DNA of 61,783 nucleotides from Octopus bimaculoides (GCF_001194135.2 NC_068982.1:92993313-93055095); one strand, 5' to 3'; positions 24,030 through 38,564 are shown, counted from the first letter of the stretch. Made by a program: numbers and translations. The notes: generated by a model not told the origin, from the sequence alone.

Positions 24030-26410
24030 CTCAGGATTTTCCACCACCGAAACTAGCCCTTTGCCAAAAGGATTTCCACTAGCTTTTCGAAGTCTTCTTT
24101 CCTTCCACTCCTAAACAATGATGGCCCTGTAACTAATAGCTCCATGGAAAAAGCCTTCATCTCCGTTGCCACTTTCCATCTAACCTCAACTCACTCAATC
24201 TTGACCAATCCCTCCGAATCTTGCCCCTTTCATCCAAGGGCTCCCCAATCTACTAATATACATGCCAAATGCGGAAATATCTACTTGTGCTTCGAACGAA
24301 CAAGAACACCGGCCCTGGCAATGTGCATTCTATTGTACATAAACAATGTCCCCCAGAATTTGTTCCTATACTCTCCAAACTCTTTAACCTTTCACTCTCT
24401 ACAATCCTATACCCTATTATTTGGAATCACGCTTCAGTGTGTCTCTCTCCAAAGACAGGCAATACCATCCAACCCAACCAACTATCGTCCATTTCTATCA
24501 CTTTTCATATTTCAGGTAAAATGAAGGCAACCATTTACAATGATGTTCCCCAACACTTTGAATCTCTCTTTCTTCTCTCAGTGACCAACTGTACGGCATA
24601 TGCAGAACAAATCTACTAGGGAGACCTTTTCTCTAATGTAATTTTGCAGTGAGTTTTCTTGCTTTAGAGAATTTTGACAATAACAATGCTGTTGCTGTAG
24701 ACAATTGCAAACATTCGACCATGTCTGGCATGCAAATTTCCTATTAAAACTTTCTTTCTTCCTATGTGGTTCCACACACTTTTACCTTCGCCAAGGAAGG
24801 AGGTTATGTTTTCATTGACGTTGGTTTGTCCGTCTGTATGCAAAATAACTCAAAAAGTTGTGAACGGTATTTGATGAAACTTGCCGAAAAGTTGGTAATG
24901 ACACAAGGAACAGATGTTGAAATTTTGGTGGTGATCCAGGAATTTTTATGGATTCTTGAAGGATTTTTCATTTGTTATATTTACTTTACATGAAGTATTA
25001 ATGTTACGTTCTTTGATTATCTCCCTTGAAAACACGTCGTTTCGACGTAACCTATGGTGGCGTTACTGTTTAGAGACAATGTTGATGATGACGATGTTCG
25101 AGATAAATATGGGAGGAGGATGAAATAGTATCGTGGTTATAATGGCGACAGGAGCGGTGTGATGTGTGATAGTGAGGTGATGGTGGTAATAGTGGTGTTG
25201 ATGATAGTGTTAGTTGTGTGATGATGGTATTGTAGTGGTTATACAGGTTGTGGTGGTGAAAGTGACTGTCAAGGTAACCGTCATGATAACATTGTTGGCG
25301 GTGTATGTGGTTGAAGTGGAAGCAATAGCAATGCTGTTGCTTATGTTGGTGGTTGTGAACTGCTTCAGATGATTCCTGTTTTAAAGGGCTTTTTTTTTCT
25401 TAAAATCATATGGCTGTGTTATTTTTCTTTTATCCCCGCCAAGGAGGTTATGTTTTTGCCGGTGTTGGTTTGGGAAATTGGGCGATTTTAAGCTTGCGTG
25501 TATATGGGTGAAAATGAGCTGCTTGGCGGAGGTCTGCGCTCTCCGAGTGTTTTTTCTAGTTCATATCTTTGATCGGTAGCTTTCTATCAGACTGCACTAT
25601 TACGGCATATGTTGTCAGAGCTCTTTCTACTCTACCAAACTCCCAATCAACTCCTCAGAATTCGGTTCTGTCCCTACTGTCTTCCTTCTATACACCAATG
25701 ACCTTACATCTAGCGACATGCAGATAACATGAAACTTCTTTCCTTCCAAATGTTTTCTAACCATACATCATCCTCAAGCAATCTAGACAGTACGCACCAA
25801 ACTTGGATTGATTCTACAAACGGAGACCTCGAGAGTATTCTCCGGTGACGCCATGCCAAACTTGCTTCTAAACAGAAAAATCAGAAACTAGTCATATCAA
25901 GAAAGTAGCATTGCATCCCACTCACTCTAAACATGAACAGCACATAGCTAGAACATTTATAGTCACTCTAAATGCTGAGATTCACTATCACAAAAGATTT
26001 TTCCTGCTAAAAGAACGTCCTTAGAATAAATAGGATCACACACCAAAGATTAAGTCATTTTCTTGAGGGTCGGAAGTTATTTCAACCTCCAACGGCTGGT
26101 GACGCAATACAAGGTACAAGTAAGGCCTTCAATGGAGCACTTCTCCCATATCTGGGACGATGCTGCTGCTGCTACTTATACTGGATTACATCCTGAAAAG
26201 GGCCACGCAGCTATTTGGCAATTGACCACTAACTGGCACAAATGATATATCTACTCTATTTGCTCCTTCTATCGCTACTATGAGAGCTTCTACTTCGCGG
26301 AGCTGGCTGTTCTCGTGCCTCCACCACTCAGATATCTCCGATCGTTATCCTTGCTTCACCTGACGTTATCCTTGTTGCATCCAATATTCCTCTTCTGCGT
26401 TAACCATTAT
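24030..26410 (+). mobile_element. CR1/L2-like LINE RT region, pseudogenised and interrupted by a HINE
   Basis: TGPGNVHSIVHKQCPPEFVPILSKLFNLS, NYRP, AFDHVWH, SFLSD, VFLLYTNDL and QVRPSMEHFSHIW motifs in order. Confidence 0.85.
24781..25561 (+). mobile_element. Helentron-associated non-autonomous element (HINE/DINE-1-like)
   Basis: Sub-terminal IRs CCTTCGCCAAG (24785-24795) and CTTGGCGGAGG (25522-25532), 3' hairpin GCGCTC-TCC-GAGTGT, ends TTCTAGT, inserted at TT. The LINE coding sequence resumes on the other side. Confidence 0.8.
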
Positions 26411-27004
26411 GTCTAAACAGAACATTAACAACATGAATCTCATCAGACTCGGAGATTCTACATGAGTCATGGGCTCTGTCCCTTCCTCCAGGCTTAGTAA
26501 ATTAAAAAACGAAATCTAAGCATTATAAATTGTACATGCTTGTATGCTTTCATAAATAAATGAATAGACTTCTATTAATATGTCGGGTTGATCTCTCTTG
26601 AAAGCAAATTAATATGAGGCAAAGTTTTATACAAATTTAATGAGTAAAAAATGTAAATAAAGTTATTCTTAATGTTCACGATATTATAACAGACACTATA
26701 ACGTGTAAGAATGAGAGCTTGCTAGTACAAAAGGAAAAAGAATGGCTCGTGCTTGTTAACATAGTATTTTCTCGGATAGATTTACAAGGTTAAAGTTTCT
26801 ATTAATAAATGATCAATTCAGTATCCAAACAGAAATACGTCTAGAAATAGGTTAATCTGTTTCAAATTATTACGTCTAAATTTCACTGAATTTGTGAATA
26901 TTGAACTGCACTAATACTGGTTTTGTTCTGTTGTTATTCATAATTTAAAAAAAAAATAACAAGCCCAATATTAACGCCTAGAGACACATATATACATACA
27001 TACG

Positions 27005-27042
<38 letters not shown>

Positions 27043-27766
27043 NNNNNNNNNNNNNNNNNNNNNNNNNNNNNNNNNNNNNNNNNNNNNNNNNNNNNNNNNN
27101 NNNNNNNNNNNNNNNNNNNNNNNNNNNNNNNNNNNNNNNNNNNNNNNNNNNNNNNNNNNNNNNNNNNNNNNNNNNNNNNNNNNNNNNNNNNNNNNNNNNN
27201 NNNNNNNNNNNNNNNNNNNNNNNNNNNNNNNNNNNNNNNNNNNNNNNNNNNNNNNNNNNNNNNNNNNNNNNNNNNNNNNNNNNNNNNNNNNNNNNNNNNN
27301 NNNNNNNNNNNNNNNNNNNNNNNNNNNNNNNNNNNNNNNNNNNNNNNNNNNNNNNNNNNNNNNNNNNNNNNNNNNNNNNNNNNNNNNNNNNNNNNNNNNN
27401 NNNNNNNNNNNNNNNNNNNNNNNNNNNNNNNNNNNNNNNNNNNNNNNNNNNNNNNNNNNNNNNNNNNNNNNNNNNNNNNNNNNNNNNNNNNNNNNNNNNN
27501 NNNNNNNNNNNNNNNNNNNNNNNNNNNNNNNNNNNNNNNNNNNNNNNNNNNNNNNNNNNNNNNNNNNNNNNNNNNNNNNNNNNNNNNNNNNNNNNNNNNN
27601 NNNNNNNNNNNNNNNNNNNNNNNNNNNNNNNNNNNNNNNNNNNNNNNNNNNNNNNNNNNNNNNNNNNNNNNNNNNNNNNNNNNNNNNNNNNNNNNNNNNN
27701 NNNNNNNNNNNNNNNNNNNNNNNNNNNNNNNNNNNNNNNNNNNNNNNNNNNNNNNNNNNNNNNNNN

Positions 27767-27806
<40 letters not shown>

Positions 27807-27852
27807 GACACACACACACATATATATGTGTGTGTGTGTGTGTGTGAGTGAG

Positions 27853-27890
<38 letters not shown>

Positions 27891-28137
27891 TGTGTGTGAG
27901 TGTGTATGTGCGTGTGTGTGTGTGTGACCACATGGATTTTAGATGGAATGGAAGAATATTGGTAAGCTGAACGACAGCGAGAACCCAGGCTGTTAAATAT
28001 GATCTTTTTTCTTTTTCCTATTTTTTCCATACAAAATCTCTTTTAATTTACGACATGCAATTAATAGTTATTCACTAAAATGTTTTTCATGTGAAAACCT
28101 CTAAATAACATTTGATCTTTTCTCTCTCGCCTAATTT

Positions 28138-28203
<66 letters not shown>

Positions 28204-28426
28204 TGTGTGTGCGTGTGTGTGTATTATGTATGTGTAATTCACCTTGTGACATCGTACATTACTATGTTTTCAGCATTATTATTATTATTATACGAAAAAC
28301 ATTTGTTATATGGAAGCATATTTTGTAGTTTTACTGTTATCTACATGTGTTATATAGATATATGGAAAAACTATTTAACCTTTTTGTTAAAAAATAAAAC
28401 TTCTTTTATTCAAGCAATGTGTGTGC

Positions 28427-28476
<50 letters not shown>

Positions 28477-28508
28477 AAATTTAACGCATTTTCATTTCNN
28501 NNNNNNNN

Positions 28509-28554
<46 letters not shown>

Positions 28555-28584
28555 ATATATGTATGTGTGTGCGCGCGCATGTTG

Positions 28585-28940
28585 TGTGATTTTATTCTTT
28601 TACTCTTTCACCGGTTTCAGTCATTGGACTGCTGCCATTCTGGGGTGTGGCCTTCGAGGGTTTACTCAGTCATATCGAGCCTTGTGCTTATTTTTAAGCA
28701 TGATACTCATTTTATGGATTCTATTTTATGAACTGCTAGTTATTCTAGTAGTAAAGCAGTTAATGAAAACACAGTCTAGACTTGCGCGTACACATACATG
28801 CTTTGGGCTGCCTTTCTTCTGCAAGGCATTGGTCAACTCGATGCTAAAGAAGAAGGCACTTACCCAAGGTGCCACTTGGTTGAACCAAATTTGAAACCAC
28901 ATAGTTGTGTAGTGACTGCTTAACCACATAACCATGCCCA
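28585..28940 (-). mobile_element. Degenerate SINE family A copy including 3' tail
   Basis: TTTCAGTCATTGGACTGCTGCCATTCTGG tail plus ACTTACCCAAGGTGCCAC...AACCACATAG...CTTAACCACATAACCATGCC head. Confidence 0.7.
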
Positions 28941-29012
28941 TACATACATATATACATACATACATACATACACATATAATATATTTATATATTTTTATAT
29001 ATATTCTATATT

Positions 29013-29172
29013 GGAAAAATTTTGATAAACACAAGTTTATATAATTTGTTTCCTATGTAAGTTTCACCGTTGTGGCTTTTCAGAACCTCGGCATTGGATT
29101 CCAAACAACACAACGGTGAAAAGTACATAGTTAACAAATGATATAAACTAGTGTTTATTATAATTTTTTTCC
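29013..29172. repeat. Fold-back element: imperfect inverted repeats of about 62 bp with 34-nt loop
   Basis: GGAAAAATTTTGATAAACACAAGTTTATATAATTTG...TTTCACCGTTGTG (29013-29074) pairs with CACAACGGTGAAAAG...TATAAACTAGTGTTTATTATAATTTTTTTCC (29109-29172). Confidence 0.9.
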
Positions 29173-30905
29173 ACATTTGCTCTGTATATCATAACCAGCA
29201 ATACAACTCAGTAAAGTAGCACATTTTTTTTTTTTGCTGAGCTTCAGTAACCCAAAAAGTATTAACACTTCATAATAAAAGTAATAATTATTTTTATTTT
29301 AAATGAAAGGATTATAAATTTTCAATAAAACTTTAACTGCCAACTCAGAGGATTATAATGCCTGATTCAGTCTATATTCCAAATGTTAAAACTTGTTAGG
29401 TTACTCTCGTTCCTATAAATTGAACACTTAGTAATTAAGCAGTTTGTAGTTCCTAGAATTTCTGAGTATTGCATCGTCACTACTAGTGGCATTTATTTAA
29501 GCACGAAATACGTGACAGAAATTCGTAAACTATATTTTTGTAATTTGTTTTTTCTTCATCATGTTTTGATGTATTTAACTAAATGTAGATAAAATGTTTG
29601 GTTAAGAACTTTCTCTAAACTTGGACTATTTCTTTGAAGCATGACTATGAGAAAATACTCAGCAACTTTTACTGTATAAAAAAGCAAACAGTAAAGACGG
29701 CGTTAGCATACTCGTACGTTAGCAACGACTTTATAATTTATTCTTTTACATTGTACTTGCTGGGAGTAAAGATTGATCTTAAACAGCAGGTGATTACCAG
29801 GGACAAAACGATTAAGAATTATATTGTCACGTACAAGGTTTTTCGTTAATAAATCGGGTTTTTTAGTGTATATTTTTCAGGTAGCTTTCTTTTCAGACTT
29901 CAGCAAAAAATAGAAAATATAGCATCCAAGAACAGATACGCCTAGTGGGAATGTTTGAAACAAAAAAGGAATCCTAGTTTCTCTTTAATGTCATACTGGT
30001 GATATTACCAGTAAAAACTAAAAGAATCGTTAAGGCGTCGAAAAAAAATTGCTTTGCGCATTCTTTTCCACTCTTTACCTTTGAGTTCAAGTCCTGCCGA
30101 GTCAATAAAGTAAAGCACCAATCAAATACTGGTTCGGTGGTATTTATTACTCAAAATTATTGGCCGTATTCTTAAGTTAGAAGCAACATTGCCTGTAACA
30201 GAGGGGCAGTGGTGTGGTAGACTGTTGGTCTTTAGTAATATCTTCTTACTGCGTTCAAATCTAGGTATAGGTTTGCCTTTCGTTCTTGAGAGGACGAAAT
30301 TAAAGCCAATCATGTGCTGGGTAACTGGAAGACATAATCTTTTACATTCAACCCCCAAATTAGTTACTTTAGGCCTATGTTTAATAATCAATACTTATTT
30401 CTAAGAGGCAACAGTCATCGATTTTCGGGACTCAATATTAACATCAGAAGTTGTGTGCATTTGTAGATCAGGATTTGTTCAGAAGTGAGTTTTATTTCTT
30501 TCAAATATTTAATGTACACATTTTATTACTGTTAAATGTCCTAGTTTGTCAGATCTTAGTTGGCGGTTATGCTTATGATTAAGATGTTTATTGATAAAGT
30601 GATATTTGTCTAAAGCTGCAAATAATAGTTTCGTGTTTGATGTACATGAAATGGAAAGGAGTGATTTGTTATCTGAATAAGAGTGAATAGTGTTAGAATG
30701 ATAAGAAGCTCATTCATGAGAAAGAAAAGAAATGATTGATCCTCGGTTGATAACTGAGTCAATGTAGTGGGGGTAGAGACGTTGTTGCCATTGAAGGCGA
30801 AATGTGCTGCCAGTTCGGAAGTCTCAGATCGAAGTGGTTAGATTCAGGATAATACACAAGAAGCAAATTTGGACAGTAATGCTAGGAACATGTTCAACAT
30901 GCACA

Positions 30906-30949
<44 letters not shown>

Positions 30950-30950
30950 C

Positions 30951-30991
<41 letters not shown>

Positions 30992-32500
30992 CACACACAC
31001 AAATTTGCAAATTTGGAAATCAAAAACCAACAACTCACTGACAGAATCGAACAAAAAATGATTGGATACCCTTCTTATCCTTCGCTTTCAACTGATATTG
31101 TCGAGATAGGTAAATATTTTTTTGAAGCAGAATATCGAATTTCCACATTGTTTTCACTCGCAACTGAACTCCAGGCAGTGTTTTCTGTATGCATTCTCGT
31201 AACAATAGAAACCGCAGCAGTTTTATTTATTGCTTGTTTATGATAAAGTTCAAATATCCATTTGCTATTATTTGCTTGATGACAGCGCTAAATACCCGTG
31301 GAGCAACTTATGGAATATTTTTGTAACTATACATCAATATTTTCTGTTTGTTACTGTAAAGGTGACCAGGTTTTGATTTCATCTTATTGTTGTTTCTATC
31401 CTTCTGTTGGTGTTTTCTGTTCTTTTTAAAATCTTCATGACAGCAGCAAAGACTAAAATACCCTCTAACTAACATCTAGACCACCCACCATTTTCCATAC
31501 AATGCATCTTTATCACGTCATCTGCTTGCCCAATTGGCCTATATTATGACTAATTTGAAATACCGAGTAACTATTTTATCTGTTGAAGTCACGCATATGA
31601 TCAAACGAGGTTGGTAAGAACGTAACTAGTTTGTGTGATAACTTGTTCCATAATTCTGCTGATATATGAATTCAGGGAAATAAGTCTCTTGTTTGTTAGC
31701 TTCTGATCTGTTTTATTTATTATGAATGTTTCTTCTATTTTGGCGTCGGAGATTGCTGTTTCCAAAGGTGCTTTAGAAAAATAGTTGAGGCGTTTTGGTC
31801 ATTATTTTAGAATTTACGAAGAAAAAACTTGCTTCGGAGTGCAGATATATTTTATCTTTGAAGGTTATATTTTTTATAGTGATGGAACTGATGGTAGATA
31901 AAATGAACTTTTCTTTTTAATACCGTAACAAAATGTTACGATTGTTTGTTATGTTTCTACATTCATATTTCCTTTTACTGCTGTGTAGTTTTTGTTTTAA
32001 AGTTTGATTCCTTTTCAATGTCTATGAGCGACAATCGTTATTGTTTTACCTATCTCAGTTGTATTTTCATTAAATTGATTTGAAAGCTTTGTTCTTTATC
32101 TCATGAGAATGTTATTGTTAAAAGAAATATAATTCAAGGAACTCTAAACACTTTCTCGAGAACACGTTTGATGTATATAGCTGGTATTGTTGATAAATCA
32201 CTTAAAATTAATAGCATTGTCATACATAAAGAGAAAACTTGGTCACTCTTGCATGCAATCTTGTTTTCAATAGATTTCAAGTCAGCTTTATTCACAATTT
32301 AGATCGGAATTTTATGAGTTTCTAAATTAAATACATAATTCCGTTGTGGTCAGAGTGACAGAGTGAGTAACTTTGTGTCTCTGAGTGTCGTAGACAAGTC
32401 AGCTGCTGTATCTCCTATTCTCTGTGCCCCGTTAGATTTTGTCACTCTACTTCTAAGATTTGTTCCTTTGATTCTTCTTCAAATGAATATCCTTGTGACT

Positions 32501-32563
<63 letters not shown>

Positions 32564-33852
32564 TCTATATCTTTTCCATGGAAAGCAGTGTAACTGAATT
32601 AGTTTCAGCTGAGGTTCAACACTTGTTCTCATTCTTGGTTCCCAGAGACCTTGCCTCTTACTCAACGGTATTCGCCACCTTCTCTAGTAAGGATTCATGG
32701 CTATTGATTTCTTAGAAGAAAAATATACTCGAGGCAAAGGCTTCAGAACTTATTTTACCAGCCTCAAAGAGACGAAAGATAAACTAGAACCTGGCAGGAT
32801 TTGAACTGAAAACGTGGACGAATGATGCTCTCTATCACGTTTGTCGGTTCCCGATCGTCGTCTTAACATTTTAAATAGTTTGATCTTCAGTTAATCATTA
32901 AGTTTTATAATTGCCATGGTTTGTATACGTGCTCAAGTTAGCAAGAGTATGTGTCATTCTCTGGTGTATATCAGTGAAGGATATATACATATCGATGATT
33001 AAAAACCGAAACAAGTGCATAACACACGAAGTTCCATGCGTCGAGTTCCAGATACGTCCTTCCCTGGCACTATCACCGTTAGAAATGCAGTAAATCAACG
33101 GTTGGCCCACTAGAAATCTGTAACCAACGACGCTATTGTTCACCAATTTAGATATAGGATAAAAGTAAATAAACAAATTACTTTAGGTCTTCGATCGATT
33201 CGGATCCCTTCTGTCTTCTCAAAAGTTAAAGTTTGTTGATGAACACTGAAACAAGAATTCGGTAATCTATAATATAATATTAAGTTCAAACTTTCCGTGT
33301 ATTTCTGTGTCCAACAATTTAAGAATATAGCCACGAAGGAATTCCTGTCGAATCAATTATGGTTCTTTTACCACTCTGATTTTCGGTTGTGTTTAACCAA
33401 ACAGATAAAATGTCGTTTCACATAGATACAAATATTTTGATAAACACAACCTGCAGCGTTCAACAGAAACTGTTGATTTAAATAATGGAAGACAAATTTC
33501 ACTATCTGAAATGATTGATATCAGTATAAAGCATCAGGAAACTGAAGCCAAAACCGGAAATTTTCATTCTAGCCTATAGTTCATGTCAAATAAATAATTG
33601 AAAAACGGCGAAGAACATACGACCGCTAACAGCAACACAATGCTAACAGGCAACAAAAATCGGTGTGTTTTGGTTGGGAGAGAAGCAAGAATATAAATTT
33701 TATAAAAATCCTCTCACTACCAAATTATGCTAAATTGATGATTTGTGAATTTCAGGCTAAGTTGTATGTGTATGTTTATTCTTATTAAAGTTCCATGTGT
33801 GTAGTTATAGGAGAGCATGCGCGCGCACACGCACGCACGCACACGCACCCCT

Positions 33853-33892
<40 letters not shown>

Positions 33893-35918
33893 TCTCACAC
33901 ACACACACACACAAAGGGGAGAAAAGGATAAATTTACGGCTGGAGGAAATTGTTTTCATTAAATATCTTAATAAAACAAAAGTTTTTGAATAACATTTTC
34001 GAAGTCATTCTTCATTTTGAGATGAAGATGAAAAGTGATGATGAAAATTACGTAATACATACCTGTGTCTGATGGTTCGACTCTAGTGTATGCATAGGTT
34101 CATTATTAAATCCTTGTTTAATTTTAATTCTGTATACGGTAGAATTAATCTCCGAAAAAAGTTAAGTGAAAGAATTTATTATATTTTAAAATGGATTTAT
34201 TCAACATGTCAGCGGTCATTACACGTTAAAACTGCGATTTGATTCTGAAGTTACAGAAATATATTTTACATTCGATTTTCAGTTATACCCTGAATCACAT
34301 TAGCCTTACTCCCAAATCCTCTATCGATAGAACGAATTTTTGTAGAAAAAAATTAGTCATTAGATGACTCCATTAAATAATGTTGAAACAATTATTACAT
34401 ATTGCGACTCAATTGGGTGTTGAGATGTTAACAAAGTGCTTTGGCCCTGTAAAAGTCAGATCGACATGCCAACACAATGCTCTCCTTGTCAACCGGTTTA
34501 ATGACGTTGTGGTTTCAGTGGTGCATGCTTGAGTGTGCGTAAAGTTCACCTTCGAGATATTAAGGCATCTTAACCGCTTCCGAAAATCAAAGCGGTTCGT
34601 ACCCCGCTGCTCTCTTATATTTCACCTACAAAACGAAGAAAGTCTAATCTTCTGCCTTTACACTACAACCAACATTATCTGAACAACTGCCTAACTTTCC
34701 TTTATCTACCTACAAATACAACCGCATACCCACAGACAAAATATCACCACTCCGATGCACAGAACAAATACAAACAAAAACTAATCCATACAAAAGGTGT
34801 CACTAACCGCACACATATACACATAACACATTCACAAACAAAACACATCAACCACACACACAAGCGTACAAACCTCGTACATTCCTACTAAGTCTAAACT
34901 CACTCAAGAAGACAGTAATACTTGATACACACGCATAAACACAATATACACACCACATCCACCACACTCTGATACACGTGCATACAAAACACTATTCTTA
35001 CGTTCTTTGTTCACACCTCACTTATCTATTCTTTTCCGTTGTCTGTTTCAACGCTCTTTTCCAGTTTCATCATTTCCTGTGAACTATCAAGAACTCCACA
35101 TTTTTGTCTCTTAAACTTCTTTCTTTCTTTCTTTCGTTCTCCCCCCCCTCTCTGTATCACTCTATCGATCTCCTTCTCTATCGAAATCGAAGGACAAGCG
35201 TCCGAAATATTGAACTTGTTTTCTATTTCTTCCTTGCAGCGGAAAACCAAGAACTCTATCCCTGTTTTCGTATATTCATTATTATCTTTTTTTTTGTCTT
35301 GTTCTGTTCTCAAGTCCTTTTCATTGACTTTCAAACCTTCACCTATGTATTACCTATACAACGTAAGAGAAATAAATTGGAAACGAAAAACTGGTTAGCG
35401 AATCAGTTCACCAAATTATAAATCCATTAAAATGCTAAACTTCCCACTACGAACTGAATCAATTTTTTTCTGATTCTGACTTTGTTTTTCATCCTTGCAG
35501 AATCGATAATTAAGTACAAAACATTTATTTCATGGCCGATACCATTTATTTGGTCGACAATACCTTTTCACTAACAATATGTACTTTTGTGTCAATGTAA
35601 GATACTATATACGTTTTCAGTAGATTTCTCAAAATGAAGCAGCATTATCTAACATATGGTTTATTTAATTAAATTAGTTCGTTGATCTTCTAGAATTATT
35701 TTCATTTAGTTGTTCGTTTTTCTTTTGTGTGTTCGGTTTTTATCGTGTATTGCATCTGCAATGATTCATTTAGTAAAACCATAGAAAAATTTTAACAGAC
35801 ATAAGACCGAATTCACACGTTTCTATTTGTTAACATATATTCACATTTATTTATACATCCTCAAACTCTTGCAAAATCTCCAAGAATATTATCAAACCGC
35901 TTTTTAAAAAACCCAAAT

Positions 35919-35966
<48 letters not shown>

Positions 35967-36467
35967 NNNNNNNNNNNNNNNNNNNNNNNNNNNNNNNNNN
36001 NNNNNNNNNNNNNNNNNNNNNNNNNNNNNNNNNNNNNNNNNNNNNNNNNNNNNNNNNNNNNNNNNNNNNNNNNNNNNNNNNNNNNNNNNNNNNNNNNNNN
36101 NNNNNNNNNNNNNNNNNNNNNNNNNNNNNNNNNNNNNNNNNNNNNNNNNNNNNNNNNNNNNNNNNNNNNNNNNNNNNNNNNNNNNNNNNNNNNNNNNNNN
36201 NNNNNNNNNNNNNNNNNNNNNNNNNNNNNNNNNNNNNNNNNNNNNNNNNNNNNNNNNNNNNNNNNNNNNNNNNNNNNNNNNNNNNNNNNNNNNNNNNNNN
36301 NNNNNNNNNNNNNNNNNNNNNNNNNNNNNNNNNNNNNNNNNNNNNNNNNNNNNNNNNNNNNNNNNNNNNNNNNNNNNNNNNNNNNNNNNNNNNNNNNNNN
36401 NNNNNNNNNNNNNNNNNNNNNNNNNNNNNNNNNNNNNNNNNNNNNNNNNNNNNNNNNNNNNNNNNNN

Positions 36468-36521
<54 letters not shown>

Positions 36522-36856
36522 ATGTTTTGGGAATAGTTATATAGTTGAAGAAAAATAAATATACAAGACAAAGAAAGAGAGAGAAAGAGAGGACGGGAGG
36601 AAAGAAACAGAGAGAAAGAGAGAGATAGAGAGAGACGAAAAGGTATAAATATCAATTTGGAGAATATTTAAATGAAAATTCAAAGAAAAGAAATGAAGCA
36701 AACAATTTATTAGTTCTGTCTAAATACGTTTTTCTTTCTTAATTTCATGTTTCCTGGATTCTTACCTTTCTCTTTCATACACATACATACACTCGCGCGC
36801 ATGCGTACACATGCACAACAAACAAAGTGCATCTCTCCCTCCCTACTTCTCTCTCT

Positions 36857-38506
36857 GAACGAACAATTTGTCTCAAACCTACGTGTTATTTGCTTTGTTG
36901 AAGGTAGTTTTATATTGAACTGTTAAAATTGTTGATTCATTGTTAATTTGTTGCTGTTTTTCAAAACACACAGCTTGTGCAGCAAGCTTGTGTTTTTTTA
37001 TTGTGTTTTCTTCCATTTGGGATGGAAACAGATATGCCTAATATAAGCGAGGAAGGACGAACAGGAAGCTACGCGTCGGTAGCAGAAAAACAGAATATGA
37101 CTGTACCACAGTTAGATATGAGAGAAGTGGTTATCCCATACGATAAATTGTATGAATGTCTGGAATTTGCAGGAAAGGAAGGGGCGAAAGTGAAATTAAC
37201 CCCTCCGGAGGATTTAATCGCAGATGCCAAATAATCTACAAGACCCTATGGCTCCAGATGAGGCCATTGAGAAATGCTTAGACACCATTAGAAAGGACAT
37301 TTCCTACTACTCCCGAGGTAGGAAATACGGTATATTGGAGTTAAGATTTGCCTCCGTAGAGGTGGCAGTTAAGCACTCCACTGTTCCAGTAAGAACTGAG
37401 GAATGGCTGCTCCTGCCAACCTACCTGGGGAAAAAAGTCTCTAGGGTAAGGATTGGCAGGATTCCGCCGGAATGAGACCCATTGATTGTGCAGGCAACCT
37501 GGACACAGCAACTGAATTGATGGTGTTACGGCCTGGAATTAATTGTCCAGGCCACCGAAGCAAACTTAAGCGAAATCCCAGAAGTTATAGAGCTACCCGA
37601 GGAAAAAGAAACTAACTGTAACAGTAGAAGGGAGACCTCCCACCTGCTATGGCAGCAGCCAGAAGGGGCACATCGAAAAGAAGTGCCCCCAAAACGAAAA
37701 AGAACAGGAAAAAGAAGCGGAGATCATGTCTGAGCCCGAGAACACAGCGAAGGCAGCGGATGGAAACCAAGATGCAATTGAGATGAGACAAACAGACGCC
37801 GAAGAGGATTATATACAAGTTACAAGAAAGAGAGAAAAAATAATTCATCACCAAAATGTATACAAAAAGGAAATAAGAGTCATACACACCAAACAGAAAA
37901 AATACAGACAACTACAAAAACAACACATCCACACAGCACACAGCACACACCACTGCTAACACCCCCTCTCCCTCCCCCAACAGCCCAGAATCTCCCATCA
38001 AGCAGACACCTACAGACACACAAACCCGGACAATGCAAACTGCTTATTTAATGTCTTACAAAACTAGTAAATCCATAGAGAAAACTATCAATAAATTTTA
38101 AAATATCACTAGGGTTAGGCTTTCCAATATTCACCAACCTGAAACAAAGTGTATTGTGATAGATATACCAAGATTCCAAACATTACAAAAATACTACAAA
38201 ACTTATGTACAACTAGGAGGAGAGAGGGTGAGGTTTGAAATCCTGCCCCCGGTGACAGCATATGAGGATTTACGTCTTTATTTTGTAGATTAAGTCAAAT
38301 TTGTTTCGATAATATAACAGAAATGAACAGTAAAAACGCGATTGCTTGAGGGTTGGGCTCAGGCAAGGCGTCCATCCTCATTTTGTACATGTATTCATTT
38401 TCATTCATAGTTTTTATGTTTTATGTCCCCACGTGTACTGTCTCTGTCTGTCCTTGTACCGTCCCCTCTGTATTTTACGCCTTGTGCCAAATAAAGAAAA
38501 ATTTCT
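36857..38506 (+). mobile_element. Full-length ORF1-only (half-L1/HAL1-like) retroelement of Tx1/L1 type
   Basis: 14-bp TSD CTACTTCTCTCTCT (36843-36856, 38507-38520). Disrupted ORF 37022-38293 has SYASVA, PTYLGKKVSRVRIGRIPPE and VEGRPPT-CYGSSQKGHIEKKC knuckle; AATAAA at 38490; no EN/RT. Confidence 0.85.
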
Positions 38507-38508
38507 CT

Positions 38509-38564
<56 letters not shown>

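Noticed and set aside
35026-35334. 102-aa charged ORF on the minus strand
   Set aside because: Driven by a GA-rich low-complexity tract, with no splice or homology support.
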